DNA of 58,195 nt, counting the filler, from Sphacelaria rigidula (lineage: Eukaryota): assembly GCA_964200075.2 (NCBI GenBank). It is 5 parts of 5 records of this genome, joined end to end, with 100 filler letters (N's around TTAATTAATTAA, not from the genome) between each part and the next. Parts side by side here need not be neighbours in the genome. Positions count along the whole stretch, not along the records: positions 23,321 to 34,879 come from CAXNAA020004782.1; positions 34,980 to 46,537 come from CAXNAA020004783.1; 3 more parts are not named here. One strand, 5' to 3'. Under the pieces are notes generated by a model that was not told the origin of the DNA, ran no database searches, and saw only the letters and a list, made by a program, of their open reading frames with translations. Position numbers and translations under genes: made by a program. Positions within the stretch are counted from its first letter, which is position 1, and each line of letters opens with the position of its first letter. This document shows positions 26,207-39,200 of the stretch, one piece after another.

Positions 26207-26355
26207 CTCGAAGAAGAACGTCAACTTATGGCGGTCATACTGAAACTCGGCGTCTATGACTTGCATGACCAACGACCGCTGGAGGACTTTGGTGTGGCAT
26301 ACCTTCAGGACGCGCTCCTCGTCCCTAAGCTTGTTCTTCGCCATTTGCCGCATAA
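26207..26355 (-). CDS. Isolated exon of a PSP1 C-terminal domain protein (possibly pseudogenic)
   Basis: Encodes MRQMAKNKLRDEERVLKVCHTKVLQRSLVMQVIDAEFQYDRHKLTFFFE, matching the PSP1 motif M.V.DAE.Q.DR.KLTF.. It ends at a GAG|GTACAT donor. No other PSP1 exons were recognised in the contig. Confidence 0.7.
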
Positions 26356-26403
26356 CTTTTTGCGTTCAAAAATGGCACAGGCCGTCCTCCTGAGCGAAGT
26401 CTC

Positions 26404-29400
26404 TCACCTCTGCAACGCCTGGATTATGTCTCCAGAAGGATCAGCCTTAGCAAGCGCTACGAGCAGGGCCGCCACGCCGGTGTTCGAAATTCCCCTCTGG
26501 TACCGTTCCTCTTTCAATCCCACCGAAACCGGAGCCTCAAGAACAGCGACAGATGTCCCGTCACCCCGCAGTTCTATTCTATCTCCGTCCTCCCATGCCG
26601 CTGACACAGAAGCAGCAGTAGTGGCGTCAGCGCCAGCTAGAAAATTTGCAGCGACTCCATTCGATCGTGAATGGACTCCTTTCTTGAGCTCATGTGGCGT
26701 GGTTGAACACCGCCACGCCCATCTAGCCATGACTTCCAGAAAAGGATAAGCTTGTCTCGCGGCCCGCAGTGCTGCAGGGGTTTGCGCTGCTCCTTTTTGC
26801 ACCTGGGTGTGTGTCAGGTGTCGTGGTTCGACTCAATATTCTACGAGGTTACGTAAACATGCTTTCCTGATAGAGGGTGGAGCGAACCGTCGAGATTGAT
26901 GCTGCGATCAACAAAAGGGTTGTCGGAGTTGGTGTTCCGTCATGCAGGCAGTATGCACTACCGGCGAAAAATGTCGGAATTGGAAATACAGCAGTTCACG
27001 AGTAACGCACAGCAGCGAAGGCCAGCTAACTCTTCCCCACTCTTTTCAGTGTGGGATTTCGGTACTTGTCCCGCCTAGAAAAAGCACTGCCTTTCCGAAA
27101 CTGACATCGAAAGTACTGTAGTCTGCGTCAACATGAACGTTGGGCAGTCGTACAGCATACCACCGGGTAAAGATTGCGCAAGCCAAACAGGAGAGTCCTG
27201 GTGAATGATAAAAATGAACCAGATGAAACACGGGACGCTTGACTTCGTTAGCCGGTTGAACGCGGAAATAGTTGTCGTTCGTTTCTTTTTCCCGACTTCT
27301 GACTCCCCCCCCCCCGTTCCTCGAGATAACTTCGTGGTCTCAGTCTCCACCGGTACCGTTCGATTAGTCCAACAAAAATGCTACCACTCCAAAAAGGCGG
27401 TAGTAGCATATGACCAATTGCTGAGAATATGGTGATGACGCAGAGAGCGGCTGGTACTACTGCCCAGTAGTTTCCAGATATAAACACAAGCACGCGCGCG
27501 TTTTCAGTTCGATGCAACGTTGAGTTTAATGAGATACCCTAGCCGCTTCAAAACATAGAGAGGACTTCACCTCAGCGAAGGAGTCGACCAATGGGTACCC
27601 GCCGAAATCTGATCGGAGGGCTGCTCCATGAACGTTGTCCTGCACCCTAAAAGGATCTTGATTGTAGCCAGGAGTAAAAAGGCCTCTACACAACACCGCC
27701 ACAGCCTGTCCATCGGGTGCAGTCCAAGCCGAAATGGAAGACATGACGGTACAGGTGAGCCAACGGCTTACCTCCACTCGGCAGCAGCTGAGAAAGGGTA
27801 GGTAGTGTTAGTGTGCATTGCACTTCGGAAACGAGAAAGAAGCCTATGGTGAACCAACACAAAAACAGTGTATTCGGGAACATTAAATATCTACACTCGA
27901 AATTCGGGCTCTCCTTGCAGACTGGCATGGGTAATTCCTTGTAGTAGTTATAGTCGCGAATCCCCCCAACATAAATCGAATTACAAACGCGCGTTGATCT
28001 CACAGATACTGATGATTCACTCAGAATATCGAAGACAAAGCCACGCAATAAACGACATCACTCCAACGTCGACCATCAATTCCTGGACTTCTAACTTTTA
28101 CGTAGTGCCCCAAAGCGAAAAGGTAGCAGCATTGTGGCACAACCTCACATGTACACGATCGCGTGCAGGAGCGTGTTCCATCACGGCCCTCAGGTGGAAC
28201 ACAAAGTCGCGTTTTGTTTCCGGGGGAGCGCACGCCTCCAGCAGCCTCGCGGTGGACCACACCAAGCAGAACTCGGCCAGGCAGCGTTCCACACTTACCA
28301 TGGCTTCGCGCTGAGAGTGCGGAGTCTCGTATGTCGGGCAAAAGCCCTCCGACACCTGCCATTTCAACCGGAGGATAAATACGAACGCCAAATGAGAAGC
28401 GAGAAACAGAGTAGTATGGGTAGGAACAGAGAACGTGCGAGCAAAACGCGCTCCGTCTCAGATGTGACGCTACAATCAGCACGCGGTGACGACCGCAACG
28501 AAATGAGGCACTGCCATCATGTGTGCCGCTACCTGCTGCCCCCGTGTTCCTCAAATAAGGCCGGCCCCCTTACACCCTTTGCTAGTTAGGGGATGGAACG
28601 CAAGGCATGCAAGCAGGAGGACACCATGAGCCACCAACGGTTCCAGCTACGGTTACTCTCACATCCATCGCCGCCTTGCCCAGGCCGTGCTTCTTGATGC
28701 AGTACTTGAGGGAGGGATACATGTGTTGCGGCACTCCCCTCTTGTGCTGACCACGACTATCGCCTCCTCCTTGATGCGATAGGTCTGATTGACGACATCG
28801 CTCGCTGAGGCGCGCAATGAGAGCTAAACTCGCGCAGTGACTGAGGGGCAGGTAAATGCTGTCCCCGTGCGGTTGGCCCTCGAGGACATCGACTACTAAG
28901 GTGTTCAAGAGCCCGGACGAAATGCCCCAAACTTCGTTTGTGAACGGCGACCTGATGTGTATATCAGCGGCACGGGCGGGAGGAGAGGGGGGCGGGGGTG
29001 GGGTGGTTGGGGGGGGTCAAACAGAGGTATATTTTGACATGTCTCTTTTAAAGCTGGGCATGAGAGCAAACTTTGATGCCGAGACTTCGAATATCTCACC
29101 ACCCCCTCCTTATCCCCGCCTACAATTTAGACATCTCATTGTCCTACGTAGAAATGAAAGGGGAGTGACTACAAGAATAAACCGCAGCTTGTCCGTGAAA
29201 TGACCTATATTTCATATTCGAGCAACTTGACGCTAAATTCTTGAGTGAAACGATATCTCACACAACCCAACAAGATGTACCTTCCCAATCGTTTCAAAAG
29301 TGCACGCATTCCTCGTGCCGATCTTTTCACCGGTTGTTCGGTTTGTTCTAGATCGAATGTGCCGACCGTAGACGTCTATCCAAACGACCACAGGATCCGA

Positions 29401-31832
29401 TAGGTTGAAACGCATAATAACGGTGAACCCGTGATCGACTTGATCGATCAAGGATGGATGCACCTCCGCACACAGCATAATCGTGTCATACGAAAATTCA
29501 AGCTCTCACAAATACTGTGCAGCTTGCACTCTGCCCATGCTATGTAAATGATAAATTCCAGCGTCGGCTGATAATTATTTGGGTGCCGTGGTCAGGGGCT
29601 CCATGATTTCATAGCTTGTAACGTTCAAGTCACCCAGTCCTGTTTTTTTCTGATATTGTGCTTCATTCATCCGTTGTGCTGAATAATATTTGCGCCCGCG
29701 CCGCTTCTCGTTGGGAAACCTCTAATCTTCTGTGCACCCAAACGTAGGAAAATGCAACACCTCAATCAAGCAAGTACTTGTTTCCACATGGTAATAAAGG
29801 CACCAGCCTCGTGAGGATGGCATCTGATACATCGTGTGGGAGCAAAAACGAACCAACACGTTGACCTTCTCAGCCAGCTTGCGACTAGTTTTTGGACACC
29901 GTCAAGGTAGGAGAGAAAAAAATACCCACACAACGACATGCCATTTGCGCAGCGCTGTGCAATGCCTAGCCTCCAGGAGTCATGCCTTGCGGTAGTATTG
30001 TCAACTTTTGAGCATGCATCGAGATCTTAGCTTCGCAAACAGTGTTGTTCCTCTTTAATGATATGGAGGCTGCTCTTTGATAACCTTTTATATTGTTCAC
30101 CGACTGTAGTGCTTCATCCAGTTGAAGCAGTCATGCTCCACAGTATAAGTTATATTAAGTCCAGAGACCATCCTGGGAAGAGGGTTGCTCTAAATAAGCA
30201 CGAGCAGCTGACACAACAAGCGTTGACAGGCGATGGAGAAATCAGCCTCGCGAAGCTACGTCACTGTGCAGATCCCAAGCGGTTGCACATCAAAACCTGT
30301 CTCTTTCTTGGAGATCATGATTGAATTTGTGCTGTGATGATTAAATTGGTGCTGTGTTCTTGGAGCTGCGGGCGTCACTCTGTATATATGAGTTCTGTAC
30401 TCCTGATTTTGTCCGGCGTGGAACTATGCTTGTACATCATCACCTAGCGTGTAACTTTGTTGGATGGTCAAACACCCCACAAGAGCTCGGCGAAGTGGAA
30501 TTTGCTTGACCACCAAAGTAGTCACGTACAAACCCGGACAGGCCCAACTCGAAGTTGATACTGTATAAAGAACACCACAATATCCACCTCCGTGGCTATC
30601 AGATCATCATAATGCCCTCCCTGGAAGTTCTAGTACTGACAATAAGGGAACGTTGCCCCCTTACCAGACAGCTTTGTAGGGGTCCTTGGCAGAGCTCACT
30701 GTCGCGAGAGGAGCTAAACGTCGAGCTGTCGCGCGATTTAGAGCGAGAAAGTTGAGCCCAGTACCCTCAAATATACAACGGGGGCCCAGAGGGTGTTTTC
30801 AGCTATGTTGCTTTGAGTGTTGATCCACAAGCAGGCCAAGTTGTAGGACACAGCTGGGAGGATCCGTCGCTGTCTCCCTGGCGGTTTGATATCGTACCCT
30901 CAGTAATTGTCATTAGACAACAGGTGTTGAAAAAAAAAGAGGGCGCCCTCTGATGACCATCGTTTCAACCCACGTAGCGCCGTGAGCGCCTTGCACCACC
31001 GAAGCTGTGGCTTCGACATTTACCTATGGCATCAACCAAGATGAACTCCAAGTTTCAGCATCATCGGACACGACGTGCGACTTGTCCCGACGCCTAACCC
31101 TCGTACAGTATGACCACTGAAAAAATCGAACGAACACTGTGAACCAGAGGTGCAGCGGTGATAAAGCACCAGTGATACAGGTAGATATAGCGATGTTTCA
31201 TCTTTATGTGAAGTGGGCCTGACGGCCACCGCGCATCTTCGAGGAGTTCATCGACACCAGAACCACACGCACAACGTTCAACGTTCTATGCGTCAGCTTT
31301 TTGGAGTTACCTTTTAATTAAGACGTCGAGTCATTATTTGAGACGTAGGTGTGTAGGTGAAACGTGCATATCGGATGTGCATGTCAAGTAGGGGAAATAC
31401 GCATGTACCTGCAACCCCATCTTCCGGAACACATCCGATTGTGACACATACCAGGAGCATTTGCTGCCGAAAGAGACCTTCACCAGCCCAAAATCCATCA
31501 CACAATTCAAGTACCGCTTCACCATCCGTTACACATGTGCTGCGTGGGTTACGATCAGAGTGGGGCTGTTGTGGATCGACCCCAAAGATACGGCACCTGG
31601 TGAGATGCCGCTCTAGTTCATCGCTCGTAAATGCGATCCGGTGCTCATCACGGGGTATCCTCGTCCTCCTCTCCTCTAATACTGCTGCTGCCCTCGTAGC
31701 TGTCAGGCGCAAAAAAACACCTTGTCCCCGATGCCTCCAACCTGACATGCTTCTTGATCTTGAGCTAGTGTAGGGGGCGCTGTTGAGGGCGCAGCCTGCT
31801 ACTGCAGCTGCAGCTAGGATGTGAATACGCAT
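26404..31832 (-). pseudogene. Multi-exon gene or pseudogene of unknown function
   Basis: Exon-like segments with AG/GT boundaries: 28951-28663 (SPFTNEVWGISSGLLNTLVV...KAAMD), 28355-28149 or 28299, ~27788-27571 (needs a frameshift) and 26802-26404. Possible further exons lie at ~29280-29490 and ~31410-31832 (hydrophobic N-terminus). Stops or frameshifts occur in several segments. No family was recognised. Confidence 0.35.
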
Positions 31833-34800
31833 GGTAACATAAGTTATGTTTAGCACTAGTAGGAAGATACGGAGTTTATCTCCTAGATTCTATCCTATTT
31901 GGTAAGTTCTTTCGCCTTTCGCCGCTACTGCGATGCTGTGTTCATGCACAGCAGGCTGTGTCTTGAATCTTGCTGTGTGGCTTATTTGCCGAGTTTTTTA
32001 CCGTCACACTAGATTCGAAGCAATATATATCCCTGTGGTATGACATTGAATCTTCAATTTGGGGACAATGATCTTCCTTCGAAGAGCTGCCGAAGAGATA
32101 AAGAAACATGAAAATGATCTTCTGGAGTAGTCTGCGCCCCATACTGGTAGGCAGGTAGGATAACAACGCGTCGATTGAGGCCCTAGTCCACCTATGGAGT
32201 TGATGGATAATGGCAATTTTTCGTGTAATCTTGGATAAAGATCGTAGTCATACGTGAGTTTTTTCATCCCTCTCTTATGGAGCACATGTATGAAAGCGGA
32301 GGGTATCACAGACACGACGGGCGCGGGTAGATCAGAGCAGGTGAGAGGTTGCTGCCGCAGGATGTCTGATATAGTACATTTTCTTATTCCCGTCCGCGCT
32401 TTGCTCGTGGCCTATGTAGTGTGCTCTGCGGCTCGCACACATTCGTGATCAGCGGAACGTATGCTAACCTCTCGCTCTAGCACTCAAGTATCGGGCACAT
32501 GAGCTAACCTCGATCGGCACCCGAGGTGTATGAAAGCGTGAACCTAATGACTGATGATGCTCACACCCCGTTTTGGCATAACTTGGGGGGTTTCCATCCT
32601 GGCCGATCGGTCTATGGCGAGCATATGTTTTAATATACCGCTGCAGCACCACAGCATCCCCGAGACATGTCCACATTACTCTGCAAAACAGTACAAATAG
32701 GATATGATACTGTACCCTACACTACACCAGTATGATACAGGAAGCAGCTTACAGGACCGACGTGTAGAATAGTCAAGGGGTGCCGGTAATAATCTTCTTG
32801 CGCTACACCTCCGCAGGGCACTGCTGCGGGTGCGCTGCACGATGATAATGCTGAACAGCAAGCTGCGTGGCATCCAGAGTTGTCGAATCATAGCTGTACG
32901 TGTTTTTGCATGGTGAAACGCACAGAAACTGCTACATTACGGACAGGTGCTGAATGCAACAGGGATCATTGGCACTGTGGCTGTGGTGACGGACAAGGTC
33001 ACGTTCAGCACTCGTTCACAACACCCGTAAGCTTTGGAAGTGAAGGCCACCCGGTTGAAGTACGTCGGATGTTATGATACACCAGCGGATTATCACCATA
33101 TGTCCCCAACCTCTCACTAACCGCCGAGTTATAGGTCTCCCAAACGGAAGCCTGGTGAAGAATAAACGTTCCAAAAGAAGGCCTTGAGTAGGGGTGCAGA
33201 GGAGCGGTTGTGTTGTGTAGGGTACGGGTATGTTCCGTAGGGTATGAGACTTCTAACAGAACTTACGGCACTGTCGGGTACCGGTATAAAATTCCCACAA
33301 AATTCACAAAACTGGTCGGTACGGTATGACGCTTGCACAAAAATACAGAAACCCTTACCCGCGATCGGGTATTACTGCAAAGGCATACCCGTACCCCGGG
33401 TGAGGATAAACAGTTCTTACACAACTATTTAACAGAACTATCGGGTACTTGTATGTGAGACTTCATTAGCCTACAGAACCGTCGGGTACAGGTGATACCT
33501 AGGTGAATACCCCACATGACACAACCTTGCGTTTTTTACTTCTTTGAGACGAGGCGTGATTCCTTCCAATCAACGTGGAACCAAAAAGGGGTCTACATTG
33601 ATCAAAAGTATTTACGCCTCGCCCAAAAGTAGTGAAAAACGAATGCATAAACCGCTTCTCATAGTCTTGAAATGGGATCTCGGAGGGATGCTCTTTTTGC
33701 ACCTGTCACCGCGGATTTTTCGCGGAATACGGGACCTCGACGAATTGGGCCTCCTCGGAAAGATTTGATGTGCTTTCCATGAGGATTCTACCGCTCTTTT
33801 CCGATCTTTCGTGCGCCCAGTTTTACTTTTGGCCGGATTCTCCATTTTTTCAGTAACCCCAAAAATCTTCGAGTTGTCGGAAATAACGTGTCCTTTATTT
33901 CCCTACTAAAAATCGGGAGTTCCCCTAAAAATTTAAGTGGGCGCACGGAAGATCGGGAAAGGGCGCTATTCATAGAAACCTTGGGGAAAGCATACAGGCT
34001 GGGCCGCCAAAGAAGCGGACTTTCCTTCAGCCTGGTCTAACTGACGATCTATCGCGAGTTGTGCCTACTATGACACATCGTGGTAATCTTCAAATCAACG
34101 CGCGTCTTTTCACTTCACGTAGCACTGCGATCTGGCAAGTTCCCATCGAACAAAATACCAGACTGTAGTCAGCTGCGAAGTGTAGAGCGTTGAGGGTGGC
34201 ATGTGCGGCGGAATTAGGAAAAAGAAACGGCTGAAATCGCTTTTACGGTTACAGTCGGTTGTGCCGCGGCCGCAAAGTCATAGTACTGCACTAGTTGTGG
34301 TTGTACAACAATTCATATCGTACTATACGCGCGCAGGGTCTGAGGTGGCACACAGACGAGACCTCCGGCGCTCCAAGGCGTCGGGCTTGTAGAAAACGTC
34401 AAAGTTCCGGCCGAGGTTGTTGTACTATAAATATAAAATCAGTTGAACCGGTTCTCGACAGAATAACGCGATTTCACTGCTCAATTTCAAGCCGGAGTCC
34501 ATGAAATTATGATACGATATATATATATAGGTATATGTAAAGCACCTGCTGTTTCCCTCTTCTATTTTCTCTTCCCCTCGTGAGTGATTGGTGATCTAGA
34601 TTTCGGAACAGTTTTCCCGGACAAAAGCGTCGACAACTCATGGAAAAAACAAATGTCAAGGGGGGAGAGTAGGGACTTCACAACATACCTCATGCGCATC
34701 GTTACGGAATTTCGTGAAAAAATACGTGAAATTGAACAGCATAACCGCGTTTCATACTTTCGTGGCTGGGAAACCTCCAGATAATAACCAGTCTTGAACA

Positions 34801-34879
34801 CGAGCACGCGATTGAGCAGCTTAACCCTTTTGGCACCGGGCCGCCGGAACGACCAATCAGGCTGGTCAGGAATGACGTG

Positions 34880-34979
34880 NNNNNNNNNNNNNNNNNNNNN
34901 NNNNNNNNNNNNNNNNNNNNNNNTTAATTAATTAANNNNNNNNNNNNNNNNNNNNNNNNNNNNNNNNNNNNNNNNNNNN
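34880..34979. other. Artificial contig linker
   Basis: N44-TTAATTAATTAA-N44. Confidence 0.98.
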
Positions 34980-36298
34980 AAGCCATTCCAAGGTGTCAAA
35001 CTCCGCCTAGCTCTCTTTTGGGGCGTAAAACGACGTAAAAGCTCCAAAATTACATTTTTCCGGGTTTTATATTCTTGCATGTTATAAGAAGCGGCCTAAT
35101 CAAGATGTATCACGCTTTCACACAACAAATATTCCCTCGACTGGAAATATTTCGAGTTGTGCATTCTCGATGCTCATCACACAGAACATGGCATCTCATC
35201 GCTGTACCAACTACACTGAATGGAACTCTGCGGCAGAAACGCGGATCATTCCTGGCAAACACCAGACAAGAGCAGGCAGCCGACAAGCTTCCCAGCGCCG
35301 AATGTATAAAAACAAAGGCCGATCTCCAACACGTCGTAGAACCACCTCTATAGCCCTCATGTTAATCGTTCTGTTCTCCTATTTTCAATTCTGTCGCGCG
35401 AGTGCACTTTTAGGAATTCTTATCCTGACCCCGATGACGCGTCTCATTTCCCCTCCCCTCACGTCTTTCTGGCCTGGGTCAGCCTGGTCCGGCGAGAACC
35501 CGGCGTGCTTCGTCCCGGCTTTGCAGGGGCGAACCCCCGATGGGGTTGGCGTATGTTGGTGGTTACGCTACAAAACACGCCACTCACTGCGTGAGCTAGG
35601 AAACCAGGTTACAGATTTGTTTTGCGCGATTGCGTTTTCTTTGCGGTAACTATTATGGCAGTCGAGCGAGATCATGTTGTGCGGCGTTGGAGAACCTCAA
35701 CTCCGCACAATGGGGATGATCGTACTACGCGGTGTTTAATTGGCGAGACACCCATGAGGCAGTGTTTAAGCCGTGGCTGTCTCTGGAAGTGGCGATACCG
35801 GAAGATGAAGCAACTTATTGCAAGCGATCCTCATGCAAGATAACCAGTAGGCTTCGGACCGAACAATGTCAGCAGGATGCAGCTCACCCTTCATGCGACT
35901 CGCTGAACACACCACGGCGCTTCGCGCTTGGTGATTGAGTGCGAGCCTGGCCCGGCGGAAACCCGGCGTGTTCCGTCAATGGTCTTATGCCTATGGCATG
36001 CACGATCATGAGTACAACCCCCCTCACGTCTTTCTCGTTACCTTCAGTCAACCCAGCTCCAAAGCTTTTCCCGCCTGTAAGCAAACCACACTTTCATACT
36101 CAGGACATGCTTGAAATTTCATGTTTTGGGGGACTGACCTCCGCACTAATCCCACGTGTCCTGCGCATCAAAGCATGAAGCAAATCGAAAGGACCATTCC
36201 TGGGTTGCGGGTACCTCATCTGTCTGGAAAGCCTCGGCTGTGATCTGCGAGTGCCTCAACCCTCCCACCTCTCGCTCAATCGGCGTAATCTGACGCAC

Positions 36299-39200
36299 CT
36301 TCTTGAAGGGACCCAGCTGGCCAGTCTTGGATCGCGTTCCTTCAGGAGCCATAGCTACATGAAGCCCCAACTCTCGGGCACGCTCCCCGGTCTCGGCGAG
36401 CGCCTGATTTTCAATACAGGCAACAACAGCAGCAGCAGCAGCAACAACGACAACAGCGACGGCGACAGCAACAGCAACAGCGACGGCGACAGCGACAGCG
36501 ACAGCAACAAAAGATGACGATAAATGCCCACAGCAATGTCAAAAACAACGCGGGCAATATCAACAACAGCAACAGGAACAAACGATCACTTAAATGCCCA
36601 CAGCAATGTCAAAATAACGCGGGCAATAGCAACAATAGCAACAACAGCACCACCACCACATACACCAGCGTCTTCAAGCCACACATCGTTTTTTTTCCCA
36701 TCATCGCTGGGCTGGCAAAGTTGGTACTGCAGCATGGAGGAGGGAAAGGAACACCAAGACAACCAGCACAAAAAAATGGCATGGCTATACAGGAGAGACT
36801 TTCATCACACGACAAAGCAAAAATAGAGCACCATACCGACCAACAGCATTAATCCTTCTGAGTGCCGAGATCCAGGGAACTTTGCTAAATGAATATTTCA
36901 ACATGGAAATCAACAAATGGAAAATTGTAACTCGCTTAAACCCTTGGCTGCCAAACTCCCCCAGGCGAGGCCTAATCTGACCGCTCGAAGTATGATCAAA
37001 ACAATAGCTTCGTTATAACAACATAAATGACTGGGGAGTGCCGGGGGCAGGGGGGGAATGTTGAACACGGAATGATACACAGCTTGCTGTCAGTAGGAGT
37101 GGGTGCTCTTCCGAGCAGAGAGGAAGTGCGCATTTTTTCCGGTCAGGGTTACCAGCATTACAGATCAGTCATGAATATTTTCACGAAAGTAGGTCTTGCG
37201 TGCAAGGGGTAATTTTCCAGGGCTATTTACGGTTTACGTCACACGTATGTTACACGTCACAAACGTTACGTCACAAGGGTGTGACGTAACGTAACATATG
37301 TTTTTCGTATACGTCACAAATGTGACCTGACGTGACGTACCGGTAAAAAAACTGTGACGTGACGTAAAGTACAATTTTCCAAGACGTCACAAATATGACG
37401 TCACGTCACGTATTTTTTACACGTCACATGAACGTATTTAGACACGTTTATTGTAGCGTGTAACGTATTAAATACGTTATGCGTCACAATAACGTTCCAA
37501 AATACGTTACACGTCACAAAACGTAGCGTATATTATTCGTTACACGTCACAACAACGTTCCAAAATACGTTACGTCACAAACGTAACGTGTATTATTCGT
37601 TACACGTCACAATAACGTTCCAAAAATACGCTACACATCACAAACGTAACGTATATTATTCGTTACTCGTCACAATGAACGTTTCAAAATACGTTAAAGT
37701 GACGTGACGTAACGTAACGTATAAATTTTCAAGACGTCAGAAGTGTGACGTAACATTTAACTTTGTAGGACGTCGCAAGCGTGACGTAACGTGACGTACC
37801 GGTAAAACAATGCGACATGACGTAACGTATAATTTTTCATACGTCACATTCGTGATGTAACGTGTAACGTGTAACGTGTAACGTGAAGAGCCCTGTTAAT
37901 TACAAGCTAGATCTCCCGAGATCCCATCTTCACGCGTACAGCCGTTATATCCAACCGTAAACCGAGCGCAACGCATCGTTCGAATCGTGTGTAAAGTCCG
38001 CTTTTGCGCGAAACACGCCAGAAAATGGATGCACCAAGCAAAGATCCCACATCGAGTGGGGGCGGGGGGGGAAAGAAATGCTTGGTGTTGAAAAACGCAG
38101 TGGTGAGGCCTGAAAACTCGCCTGGACGGCCGAGGCCCGATGTCTTCGGTTGATGGGCACACCTCCGTGAGAAGCCATAATCCAACCAATAATCGGCAGG
38201 GCGAACAGCTCTTCCTGTCATTGCCCAGTTTCGGGAGAGAGACACGCAGAGAAGAGAAGAAACGAGCCAACGGGTGAATGACTGTTACTAGCATAACTAG
38301 ATTTGATTGATTGGTCGATTGATTGATTGATCGATTGATTGATTGATTGATTGTCGCACTAGAGACAACGCGAATGGTAGCTCTGTGCACGATGCTCACA
38401 ACAACACGGACGCATGGTGATGAAAAACACTGAACGCATACTGGGTACACACCCTTGATAGGCAGACGTGTCGCATGTTGGGGACACTGACACCTTCTCG
38501 ACACAATATGTAGAGAACAGCAACGCAATTTGTCCCCCTCATTCATTCTACTTTTCCTCCTGAACAGACACGAGCTTTTGATGCAAATCGACCATCGCCA
38601 CCGCAGTTTCCGCAGCACTGCTTCGTGCCACCAACAGGATCCAGATGATGCATCGTACACCCCATGAATGCGGGTAAATGCCCCCCTCTTCACTGTCTCC
38701 ACTCACAGCAAGGCTCCTGCCGTAACTTTCACACCCCATCCCTGCCCTCATGTGCCCCTCCATCGATGTGCGTTAAACATGCACGTTTCCACCCCGAAAT
38801 TACTTCAAAGGCGGACACTCTTCCCCCCCTTCGTTCCCTTCCCCCCATACTTCCCCGCTCCCCCCCTGACAAGGCTACTAGACGCACCTTCACAACGGCG
38901 CAGAACGCTTCGGGGAAGGTACTGAGTATAATCATAGCATCCAGCGTGCTGACGTGCGAAAACAGCAACACGACGGGATTGCCCAGCCTCCTTAGGCGGC
39001 ACTCCCGCAATCCCTGCACCTCTACTGAAACCCCCATGATGAGGAGGACCCACCAAGCATCTAAGCGTTTGATCAGCGATGATAGTAATGCGTTGCCTCG
39101 GCCAACGGCGGCGGTAGCGTTTAAACCGCTATCTCGGCCTACTGCTGGCCGGGCAGCTTCCTCCGTAGGTATCACGGTCGTGGTGGGGGAGATGGTCGAG

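Noticed and set aside
26365..26400. In-frame TGA before the PSP1 exon as selenocysteine or readthrough
   Set aside because: PSP1 proteins are not known selenoproteins, no SECIS was identified, and an AG acceptor lies just downstream of the TGA.
37896..38702. 268-aa minus-strand ORF
   Set aside because: It runs through a (GATT)n microsatellite, and the real LPAAT exon within it uses another frame.
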